Position numbers and translations under genes: made by a program
Source: Candidatus Latescibacterota bacterium
Lineage (GTDB): Bacteria > Latescibacterota > UBA2968 > UBA8231
Assembly (NCBI GenBank): GCA_965221775.1
Contig: CBDCSU010000004.1
Location: forward strand, 864,001-928,000
Direction of reading: 5' to 3'
DNA: 64,000 bases
Notes under the pieces: model-generated
What the model was told of the DNA's origin: nothing
Databases searched by the model: none
The model's input: only the letters and a program-made list of their open reading frames with translations
Shown here: piece by piece, positions 27,843-38,242 of the stretch
Position numbering within the stretch: the stretch's first letter is position 1
Layout: every line of letters starts with the position of its first letter

Positions 27843-30020
27843 CTACCGCAGCAGCGCCATCGACCGGCTCTGCCGGAAGGCGGACCCCCCGCCGCCGCGG
27901 GCCTCCATCACCGCCACGTAGACCCCGCTCGCGGCGCTGACACCGCTGTCGTCGCGGCCGTCCCACGCTACCTCCTGCACCCCCGCCGGCGCCGGTCCCT
28001 CCACGAGCTGCCGCAACCGCTGTCCGGCCACGTTGTACACGGCGATGCGCACGTCGGCGGGGGCGGCCAGGGCGAAGCGCAGGTGGGTGGAGGCGTTGAA
28101 GGGGTTCGGGTAGTTGCCGAGCAGGGCGTGGCTCTCGGGGAGGGCCCCGGTCTGCGGCGCCGCCACGGCCGTGACCGCCTCCCCGGGCAGGGCGAAGCGG
28201 ATGCCGGGAAGGCGGTCGCCGTCGGCGTCGACCACGTGTGCGGCGAGGATCGTCTCGCCCGAGTAGCTGGCCGCCTTGAAGAGCAGGCGGTTCTCCCCGG
28301 CCTGGAGCCGCACGGGGACCTTCTCCGCCGCCAGGGCGAAGGAGGCGGGCGAGGTCCGCGCGAAGACCTCCTCGCCGTTGAGCCAGACCTTCAGGTGCTC
28401 CTGGAAGCCCAGCCACAGGAAGCCCTCCTGATCGCCGGGCGAGTGGACGAGGGTGAAGGCGTAGCTCGTCGAGTTGCCCTCCCCGCCGGCGATCTCGCCG
28501 AGGTCGAGGATCTCGGCGCTGTACCCGAGGTGCTCGGCGCGGACCCAGCGGCCGGCGCCGGCGGTCTCGCCCTCCAGGGGCCGCAGGTCGGCCTCGCCCG
28601 GCAGGTGAACCTCGTCCACGTCGCGGCCCTCGAAGGGGCCGGCCGCCAGCCAGCGGCGGATGCCGCGGCCGTAGAAGAACCCCTGGCCGGAGCTGCCCCC
28701 CGACTTGATGAAGTCGCGCCGCACGCTCTCGGGCTCGCGGCCCACGACCCGGATCCGCTGCCGGTCGATGGTGCCGTAGCCCTTGGCCGCGGCCAGGTAG
28801 AGGGCCTCCAGGTCGAGGGCGTCGAAGCCCATGGCGACGTTGGCGATCGCCTCCGCGGCCAGCGGGTCGGAGCCGGCGACGACGACGTTGTGCTGCACGT
28901 TGTGCCCCCACTGGGGCCCGTGCCCCTCGGTGCCCCAGAACCCCTCGATCACCGAGTAGGCGGGCGGGTTGTAGGCGAAGAGGTCGACGTACCCGTGCTC
29001 GGGGTTGTTCTGGTAGTGCTCGCGCTTGGAGGTGCCGTCGCCGTAGGCGGCCGAGGCCAGGGTGCCCACGTAGTTCTTCAGCCCCAGGGTGGTCCCGTAG
29101 ATCGTCGTCTTCATCGCCGCCACGGAGATCACCTTGTCGGCGTCGAGGAACGGCTCGGGCATGTAGTAGCCGTCGGCGCGGAAGGAGCCGGTGCCCTCCA
29201 CGTGGAAGCCGAACTGGGCGCCGGGGTACCTCAGGCGCGTGACCCCGAGCCGCTGGAGGGCGCCGCCGGGGACCGGCTCGCGGCGGTAGGAGGCGTAGTT
29301 GAGGTCGGAGGTGTCGACCACGGTCTCCACCCCGAGGGCGCGGAACTCCTCGACGAGGCCCACGTAGGAGAGGTCGTCGAACTCGGGATAGGTCACCGAC
29401 CACGAGTCGTCCTCCAGGCCCGAAGGGAACCCGGGCTCGCCGCGGCGCGGCGACTCGGCCCCGCCCTCGGCGATGAGGATGCGCCGCGGGCCGACGTGCT
29501 CGATGAGGTAGGCGATGAGGCTCTTGACGACCCGCAGGTCGGTGATCTGCCCCGGGTGCTCGAAGCCGCCGTGAAAGTACCCGGTGCCGCTCTGTTTCTG
29601 GTCGAGGCGCCCGCGGTTGGTCACCGAGTTCACCTTGACGAGCACCTCGTCGCCGGGCTCGATGACGTCGCGGATCGAGGCCCCGGAGCGGTCGAGGTCG
29701 AGGGCCCGGCGGACGATGGCGTCGACCTGCGCGTAGCTCAGGTCCTGGTCGATGGCGGCCGGGTCGGCCAGTTCCGCGTCGATGGAGGCGGCCACCGCCA
29801 CCGTCGGATTCCCCTCCCCCAGAGTCAGGGTGCCGGGGCGCAGGATCGGCAGCCCCTGCACCTGAAGGGGCTCCTCGGAGGCGGCCTGCGACTCGGCGGG
29901 TCCGACGAAGAGGGTCTGGGCGAGGTTGAAGCGCAGGTCCAGGGCGACGAGGGCGGCGACGATCGAGGCCGCGAGGCCGGCACGGATCCAGCGCGGGACG
30001 GGATGGGCGGATCTTGTCAT
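27843..30020 (-). CDS. DUF362-domain protein with PA14-like beta-domain and FlgD-Ig/T9SS-like tail
   Basis: PGDEVLVKVN, TDLRVV, ILIAEG, ADKVISVAAMKT..GTTLGLKNYVG, GTEGHGP, AGSDPLAAE. Then LKVWLNGEEV...LQAGENRLL and NYPNPFN...WDGRDDSG..ASGVY. Confidence 0.82.
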   Translation of the reverse strand: MTRSAHPVPRWIRAGLAASIVAALVALDLRFNLAQTLFVGPAESQAASEEPLQVQGLPILRPGTLTLGEGNPTVAVAASIDAELADPAAIDQDLSYAQVDAIVRRALDLDRSGASIRDVIEPGDEVLVKVNSVTNRGRLDQKQSGTGYFHGGFEHPGQITDLRVVKSLIAYLIEHVGPRRILIAEGGAESPRRGEPGFPSGLEDDSWSVTYPEFDDLSYVGLVEEFRALGVETVVDTSDLNYASYRREPVPGGALQRLGVTRLRYPGAQFGFHVEGTGSFRADGYYMPEPFLDADKVISVAAMKTTIYGTTLGLKNYVGTLASAAYGDGTSKREHYQNNPEHGYVDLFAYNPPAYSVIEGFWGTEGHGPQWGHNVQHNVVVAGSDPLAAEAIANVAMGFDALDLEALYLAAAKGYGTIDRQRIRVVGREPESVRRDFIKSGGSSGQGFFYGRGIRRWLAAGPFEGRDVDEVHLPGEADLRPLEGETAGAGRWVRAEHLGYSAEILDLGEIAGGEGNSTSYAFTLVHSPGDQEGFLWLGFQEHLKVWLNGEEVFARTSPASFALAAEKVPVRLQAGENRLLFKAASYSGETILAAHVVDADGDRLPGIRFALPGEAVTAVAAPQTGALPESHALLGNYPNPFNASTHLRFALAAPADVRIAVYNVAGQRLRQLVEGPAPAGVQEVAWDGRDDSGVSAASGVYVAVMEARGGGGSAFRQSRSMALLR

Positions 30021-30190
30021 GACGATGCCTTCCGGGGCGGCCTTCGGGCCGGGATGGGATACCCGATAGCCTACCGGTGCCCGCTCTCCCCGTCAAAGCC
30101 GCGCCGTTGCGCCCCTCCGCCCCCCGGCGTACCTTCCCTCGCAGCTCTCGCGGTTCTTTGCTACTCCTTCTCCCACAAGGTCTTCCGCCG

Positions 30191-31527
30191 GTGCCCCCGC
30201 GCGTCGCCGTCCATCATCTCGGCTGCAAGCTGAACCAGTACGAGGCCGAGGCCCTCAAGGCCGGGTTCGGCGGCAGCGGCTGGCGGGTCGTCCCCTTCGC
30301 CGAGGAAGCCGACGTGTACGTGGTCAACACCTGCACGGTCACCGGCTCCGGCGACGCCGACTCGCGCCGCGCCGTGCGCCGCGCCCGCCGGTCCAACCCG
30401 GAAGCCCTGGTGGTGGCCACCGGCTGCTACGCCCAGCGCCGGCCCGAGGAGCTGCGCGGCGCCGGCGCCGGCCTGGTGGTCCCGAACACCGACAAGGCCG
30501 GCCTCGTCGACCGCGTGCGCGCCCACCTCGGCGCCCCCCCTGCATCCGCGGGCGTCCGCCAGGTAGAGGCCCCGGCCCCGGGGCCCACCCCCGGCCGGCG
30601 CCCCCCCACCACGCGCTTCCTGCAGATCGACGGCGCCGTGGCCGAGGGCCGCACCCGCGGCACCTTGCAGATCCAGGACGGCTGCGACGAGCACTGCACC
30701 TTCTGCATCATCCCCACGGTCCGCGGCCCCGGGGCCAGCCGGCCGCCGGCCGAGGTCCTGGCCCAGGCCCGCAAGATGGTCGAGGCCGGCTACCGCGAGC
30801 TGGCCCTCACCGGGGTCCACACCGGCTCCTACGGCCGCGACCTGGGCGAGGCCGACGCCTTCGCCGGCCTGGTGCAACAGCTGGCCGCCGTCGACGGGCT
30901 GGAGCGCATCCGCCTCAACTCGATCGAGCCCGGCTACGTGAGCGACCGGCTTATCGACATCGCCGCCGACACGGAGAGCGTCTGCCGCCACTTCCACGTG
31001 CCCCTGCAGAGCGGCGACGACCGGGTGCTGCGGCGCATGGGCCGGCGCTGCACGGCGGCGCGCTACGCCGAGCGCATCACCCGCATCGCCGACCGCCTGC
31101 CCGGATGCGCCATCGGCGCCGACGTCATGGCCGGCTTCCCCGGCGAGGGCGAGGAGCACTTCGCCTCGACCCGACGCCTCCTGGAGCGCCTGCCCGTCAC
31201 CTACCTGCACGTCTTCCCCTACTCCGAGCGCCAGGACACGCCTGCGCAGCGCCTCGGCGGCCACTGCAGCGGCCCGGAGAAGAGCCGCCGGGTGCGCGAG
31301 CTGATCGCCCTCGGCGAGGGCAAGCGCCTCCACTTCCACCGCCGCCACCTCGGCCGCCGGGTGCGCGTCCTGGTGGAGGATGCCGGCGGCGACGGCCTGG
31401 CCTCCGGGCTCACCGACAACTACATCCGCGTCCGCTTCGAGACCGGGGGCGCCCCGCCGCGGGCGAACTCCTTCGTCGACGTAACCCTCACCCACGCCCG
31501 CGAGAGCGAGGCCTTCGGAGAGCTGGT

Positions 31528-31531
<4 letters not shown>
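30191..31531 (+). CDS. mtaB: tRNA t6A37 methylthiotransferase MtaB
   Basis: LGCKLNQYE, VVNTCTVT..D, TGCYAQ, IQDGCDEHCTFCIIP, HFHVPLQSG, LHVFPYS.R.T and GLTDNY. Confidence 0.93.
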
Positions 31532-32943
<1,412 letters not shown>

Positions 32944-33073
32944 GCACCTCCAGATTGGAGTAGCCGGGCCGCCGGAAGAGCCCTGCACCGAGGGCTCCCC
33001 CCATCCCGTCCTGCGCCGGGTCCTGGCGCGGCTGGGTCACTGTCGATCTCGACGGGATCGTCGCGCCCCGTCC

Positions 33074-33910
33074 CTACCCCGGATCCGGGTCCCCGGGCGG
33101 CGCCAGCCAGCCGTCGGCCTCGCCTTCCTCCTCCGACTCGAAGTCCACCCCCGGCCCGGCCTCGCGCCCGCGGTCGCAGTAGGACCGGTACGGACAGTAT
33201 CGGCAGACGCCGATGTCCCCGGTCCGGGGGAATCCCTCCTCCCCCTTCTCCAGCCGCTCCTCGATCTCCGCCGCCGCCGCCTCGATCCGCTGCCGCGCCT
33301 GCTCGTGCTGCCCGGCGTCGTAGTGCAGCACCACCGGCTCCTCGGGCAGAGCGCTCTGCCAGTAGACGAAGCGGACCCCCTCCGCGGCCACCGGCCCCGG
33401 CGCCAGGGAGCCGGCCCCCTCGAGGGCGACGAAGCGGTACACGGCCGTCTGCCAGCTGCGCTCGAGGTGCTCCCGGCTCGACGGGGCCCCGGTCTTCCAG
33501 TCGACGATGTCGAGGCGCACGCCGCCGGAACCGCCGCTGACCTCTAGGCGGTCGAAGCGAGCCACCAGGGACTGGCCGCCTGTCAGCACCACCTCCAGCT
33601 CCAGCTCCGTGTGGACGCGGAGGCTGGGCCCCCCGGGCGGCGGCGGCGGGTGCCGCCGGAAACGCTGCCACCAGGCGGTCAGCTCCTCGTCGCCTGAGGC
33701 GTGGGCGATCTCGTCGGCGGGCAGGCCGAGGGCGTCCTGCTGCACGAGGAGGTGGAACCGCTCCCCGCGGCGGCGGGAACGCTCCCACTCCTGCTCGGAG
33801 CCGGTGAGCGGCGCCGGCCACTCGAGGCGGCGCACGAAGCGCAGGTAGAACCGGCGCGGGCAGCGCTCGAAGGTGGAGAGGGCGCTCTGGCTCAGGGGCG
33901 GCGGGTTCAT
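33074..33910 (-). CDS. Stand-alone PD-(D/E)XK (RecB/AddB/Cas4-like) nuclease with a 4-Cys Fe-S staple
   Basis: LSQSALSTFERCPRRFY, GERFH, ELEL, RFDRL, IVDWKTG, WQTAVY and CRYCPYRSYC. 278 aa. Confidence 0.9.
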   Translation of the reverse strand: MNPPPLSQSALSTFERCPRRFYLRFVRRLEWPAPLTGSEQEWERSRRRGERFHLLVQQDALGLPADEIAHASGDEELTAWWQRFRRHPPPPPGGPSLRVHTELELEVVLTGGQSLVARFDRLEVSGGSGGVRLDIVDWKTGAPSSREHLERSWQTAVYRFVALEGAGSLAPGPVAAEGVRFVYWQSALPEEPVVLHYDAGQHEQARQRIEAAAAEIEERLEKGEEGFPRTGDIGVCRYCPYRSYCDRGREAGPGVDFESEEEGEADGWLAPPGDPDPG

Positions 33911-36138
33911 GCGGGGTCTCCCCGCTGCTTGTCGAGGAGCGCCCCCAGGCGCGCGAAGAGGAGGGACTCCGGCGCCGCGCGGGTGCGCTGGCCGCTGGGG
34001 ATGGTGCGGCTGTAGCTGACCGACAGGAAGCGCCGCGCCCGGGTGATGGCGACGTAGAGCAGGCGCAGCCGCTCGCAGATGTACTCCAGCTGGCCGGTGG
34101 GCGCCACGGAGGGCCTCGGGCCGGCCTCCAGGAGCGCCGTCAGGCGGGCCCTCGCCATCTCCGCCGGGTTGCCCCCGAGGTGGGGCTCGTGGCCGCGGAA
34201 GTAGTCCTCCGGGGTGCCGGGGAACTCGATGCCGTCGACGCCCACGAGGTAGACGAGGTCCCACTCCATGCCCTTGGCCTTGTGCATCGTCGTCAGGGTG
34301 AGCTGTCCGGGCCGGGGCTCGTACGCCGCCTCCTCCTCGCCCGCCAGGATCTCGCGCGCCGCCTCGGGCCGCTGCAGATCGGCGGCCAGCTCGGGGAGGC
34401 GCCAGCCGGGGTGCTGGTCGGCCCGCCGGCGCAGGTGCCCGGCCACGCGCTGCGCCCGCGCCAGGTCGTCGCCCTCGAAGAGCTCGGCGGCCACGGCCAG
34501 GGCCAGCTGGTCCACGGGGAAGCGCCCCGCCTCCAGCCAGCGGCGGGCCCGGCGGGCCAGCGCGCCGAGGGGCTGCAGGTCCCCCTGCAGGCGCGCCACC
34601 GGCGGGAAGGCGTCGGCCACCTCCACCCCCGGCGCCGGGTAGAGGAGGCTCTCCGGGCGGTAGCAGCTGCGCACCAGGGGCCGGAGGTCCTCGGCCTCCT
34701 CGCCCGCGGTGATGCGGAAGACCCCCTCGAGGGCGGCCGGCGAGAGCGGGCCGGCGACGAAGGTGAGGACCCGGGCGAGGCTCTCGATCACCGCCCGCGA
34801 GCGGCGCGTGGTGGTGAGGCGCTCGTCGAAGGAGACGCCCATCTCGCGCAGGACCTCGGCCATCTCGAAGCCGAGCCGGTTGGTGGGCACGAGGACGGCG
34901 AGGGTGCCGTCCGGCCGCGACCGGGTGAAGCCGAGGGCCCGCCGGGCCACGTACTCCAGCTCCTCGGCGCGGTCCTCGAAGGGGCGCAGGGCGATGGCGC
35001 TGTCGCCGTCGTCCGGGTTCGGCTGCGGGTCCCCGGCCCCGGACGGGTCCATGCGCTGGCGGCGGAAGGCCTCGCTGCGCACCTCGAGGACCGGGTATTC
35101 CTCGCAGGTCCAGGCCACCAGGCCGTTGGCCAGCTCCATGATCCTCGGCGAGCAGCGGCCCGAGACCGCCATCTCCACGGTGCGCACCTCCCGGCGCTCG
35201 AGGAAACGGCGCAGGAACCGGGGATCGGCGGAGGTGAAGGTGCTGGTGATCGACTGGTTCGGGTCGCCCACGCGGATCCAGTGGCCGGAGCGCGCGGTCA
35301 GCCTCCCGAGGAGCTCCTCCTGGAGGGGGACGCTGTCCTGGGCCTCGTCCTCGAGCACCACGGGCCAGCGCCCGGCGAGGCGCTCGGCCACGTCCTCGTG
35401 GGAGGCGAGGAGGTCGACGGCGAGGCGCACCATGTCGTTGAAGTCGATGCCGCCCCAGCTCTCGACGAGGAGCTGGTAGCGGGAGTACAGCTCGGCGCCG
35501 ATGCGCAGGAGCCGCAGGGGCAGGTCGTCGCCCTCCTCGCCGCGGTCCCCGGCGCCGGCGAGCCGCCCGAGGAGCGCGTCGGCGTCGAGGCGGTGGTTCT
35601 TGGCGGCGGCGATCACCGTGCGCCCCAGGTCGAGGCCGATGCGCGCCCATCTCTCCTCCCAGCCCGCGTCGGGCCGCCCCTCTCCGGGGGCCAGGGGCTC
35701 CCAGCGGTGGCGGTTCTCCACGCTCCACTCGCGCAGGGCGCGGTCGACGAGCTCCACCTGGGAGCGCTCGTCCAGAACCCGCAGGTCGGAGTCGGTGCCG
35801 GCGTGGCCCGGCCAGGTCTGGACGATGCCGAAGGCGAGGCTGTGGAGGGTGCGCACCTCGTACCCCGCGGGGACCAGCCGGCGGCTGGCGAGGGCCCGGG
35901 CGATGCGTCCCCGCAGGGCGTCGGCGGCGGCGGCCTGGTAGGTGACCACCAGCACCCGGCCGGTCTCGGGCAGGGGTCCCGCGCCCCGTCCCCGGCGCTC
36001 CAGCAGCTCCGCGGCGAGATGGGCGATGGTGGTGGTCTTGCCGCTGCCGGGGACCGCCGCCACCCCCATGAGGCCGCCCTCGTACTCGAGGATCTGCTTC
36101 TGGCCCTCCCGGGGGCGGAAGACTTCGGGGGCGTTCAC
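33907..36138 (-). CDS. UvrD/AddA-like SF1A helicase with intact motifs and no fused nuclease
   Basis: AVPGSGKT, RTLHSLA, LEDEAQD, VGDPNQSI, TMHKAKGMEWD and ERLRLLYVAITRAR. Confidence 0.92.
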   Translation of the reverse strand: MNAPEVFRPREGQKQILEYEGGLMGVAAVPGSGKTTTIAHLAAELLERRGRGAGPLPETGRVLVVTYQAAAADALRGRIARALASRRLVPAGYEVRTLHSLAFGIVQTWPGHAGTDSDLRVLDERSQVELVDRALREWSVENRHRWEPLAPGEGRPDAGWEERWARIGLDLGRTVIAAAKNHRLDADALLGRLAGAGDRGEEGDDLPLRLLRIGAELYSRYQLLVESWGGIDFNDMVRLAVDLLASHEDVAERLAGRWPVVLEDEAQDSVPLQEELLGRLTARSGHWIRVGDPNQSITSTFTSADPRFLRRFLERREVRTVEMAVSGRCSPRIMELANGLVAWTCEEYPVLEVRSEAFRRQRMDPSGAGDPQPNPDDGDSAIALRPFEDRAEELEYVARRALGFTRSRPDGTLAVLVPTNRLGFEMAEVLREMGVSFDERLTTTRRSRAVIESLARVLTFVAGPLSPAALEGVFRITAGEEAEDLRPLVRSCYRPESLLYPAPGVEVADAFPPVARLQGDLQPLGALARRARRWLEAGRFPVDQLALAVAAELFEGDDLARAQRVAGHLRRRADQHPGWRLPELAADLQRPEAAREILAGEEEAAYEPRPGQLTLTTMHKAKGMEWDLVYLVGVDGIEFPGTPEDYFRGHEPHLGGNPAEMARARLTALLEAGPRPSVAPTGQLEYICERLRLLYVAITRARRFLSVSYSRTIPSGQRTRAAPESLLFARLGALLDKQRGDPA

Positions 36139-38242
36139 GCCGCCGGCTCCACCGGTCCGGCGATCCTCGCCGCCGCCCGCAGCAGGGGACTATCCTCCTC
36201 GGGGGGCCCGCCGGCCTCGGTCTCGCTCCAGCACAGGTACACGGCGTCGCCGGCGCGGCTGCACAACCCCCGCACCAGGCGGCCGAGGGTGCGGTTGCGG
36301 GTCTCGTGGTCGACGGCCTCGGTCCAGCGGGCGTCCCGGGACCAGCGGCGGGACAGGACGTGGGGGTTGGTCAGCGGCTGGTGCGGCGGCTCCCACCAGC
36401 TGATCGATCCGGCGTCGAGCCAGAACTGGCAGCGGTCGAAGCGCTCCTCCAGCAGGTAGGTGTAGACCGGCGCCACCACGAGGACGGCGTCGGCCGGCGG
36501 CGGCGCCCCCGGCGGGTGGGAGGCGGCCACCACCCCTCCTCCACCATGCGCGCGTAGCCCTCGGCCGTGCCCCCGGGGTCGGGGCCGGCGCCGAGGGAGG
36601 GGGCCGAGCGCCGGAACCAGGAGGCCGAGGAGATCAGGCGCGCGTACATCGCCGCCCGCCCCGGGTCGAGATCGGGCCGCGACAGGACCTCTCCGAAGAG
36701 CTGCCGGAGGAAGAGATCGAGAGGCTGAGGCTCGCCCTGCCGGCGCGCCTGCAGCCAGCGGCGCAGGGTCTCGAACGCTTCCAGGGCCCCCGGCGGCAGC
36801 CGCTCCCGTAGCCGCGGGTCCCCCTCCCCCAGGTCGCGCAGGGCGCCGGAGCCGGCGTCGTACGCCGCCCGCGTCAGCAGCTTGGCGCGCACCGGGTCCA
36901 GGCTCATCGCCGCCTGCAGCGCCTCGGCGACGTCGCTGGCGTGGGGGGCCGGCTCCCAGCCCGGGTAGGCCAGCGCCGCCAGGGCCAGGGCGGCGCGCGT
37001 CTCGGGCTCCTCGCGCAGGCTCTCGAAGCGGCGGACCACGGCGCAGGGGATCCCGGCCTCACGGAGGGCCTCGCTCACCAGGAACCGCAGGACGCCGTCG
37101 GCGTGGGGGGCGACGACGGCGATCTCCCCCGGTTCGGCGGCGCCCGCTTCCACGAGGCGCACGACTTCGGCGGCGACTGCGCCCACCATCTGGCCGCGGT
37201 GGCGCGCCGAGAGCAGACGCAGGGCCCCGGCGGCGGCTTGGTCGGGGGTCTCGCCGGGGGCCCGGGGCGGCTCGAAGCCGGCGGACAGCTCCCGCCCGAG
37301 GGTGACTGTCGGCCGCACCGGCTCGTCGGGGACCCGCAGGCGCCGGCCGCAGGCCTCCCGCAGGGACCAGGCGCCCTCGGGATCGACCCCGAGGAAGACG
37401 CGGAACCCCCCGTCCCGGCGGGCCACCAGCCAGGCGGAGTCGACCGCCTCCAGGCGCCGGCGGATGAAGTCCTGGGCCAGCGGCACCGTCTCCTCCACCG
37501 CCTCCACCAGCAGGTGCCGGAAGCGCCCCTCGAGGTAGCGGCGGAACTCGTCGGAGGGCAGCAGCTGCCGGCGGAAGAGATGGAGGACGAGGGAGACGTC
37601 GACCAGGTTGTGCTCCAGGCAGTGGGCGCGGTAGGCCTCGATGCAGTCCTGGGCCTGGTCGAACCAGACCTCCCGGCCCTCCTTGTGGGCCGTCCACGAG
37701 TCCCGCAGCCGGGGGCCGACCTCGGCGATGTCGTAGCCGTTGACGCCGGCCTTGTTGAGGTTGTCGAGCAGCTGCGAGAGCAGTCTCTGGGGCCGCAGCG
37801 ACAGGCCGTCGAAGGCGCCCTCGGCGAGGCGGGGGTCGACGATCTGCTTCATCACGTACTGGGCGGTCTCGTAGGTGAGCAGGACCGGCGGGTCGAGGGG
37901 CGATCGGAAGCCGGCCTCGAGGGCGATCCGCGGCCAGAACAGGCGCACCATGCGCGCCGCCAGGCCGTAGAAGGTGTGGATCTCGGGGGAGACCGCCGCC
38001 CGTCCGGAGACCGGTCCGCCGGGGGGCTCGGGGCGCCGGCGGGGGCGCTGCGGCACCAGGACCAGCAGCTCGTCGCCGCTCACCCCCTGATCGAGGAGCG
38101 CGGCCATCCGCTCGCGGACCAGGGCGCCGGCGGCGGCCGGCCCCTGGGGCAGATCGATCCACACCGAGCCGGCCGCCGGAGCGGCGATGGCCGCGGCCAC
38201 CTCCCCGGTCCAGGAGCCCGCCGGCGTCCCCGGCGCCGTCAC
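36135..38242 (-). CDS. Degenerate helicase-like partner (AddB/RecC-like), split by a 1-nt frameshift near 36535
   Basis: ORFs 36371..38257 and 36135..36533 join into about 702 aa if one G is added to the G4 run at 36533-36536. Helicase-like IHTFYGLA.RMVRLFWP and FRHLLVE remain, but Walker A and DE are absent. GTGA overlaps occur at both ends. Confidence 0.78.

Noticed and set aside
32976-32997. Hairpin GAGCCCT-N6-AGGGCTC between miaB and the nuclease gene as a terminator
   Set aside because: The stem is short with no U-tract on either strand, so support is insufficient.
33074-33910. Nuclease as Cas4 of a CRISPR system
   Set aside because: No repeat-spacer array or other cas genes are visible, and the gene is coupled to helicases.
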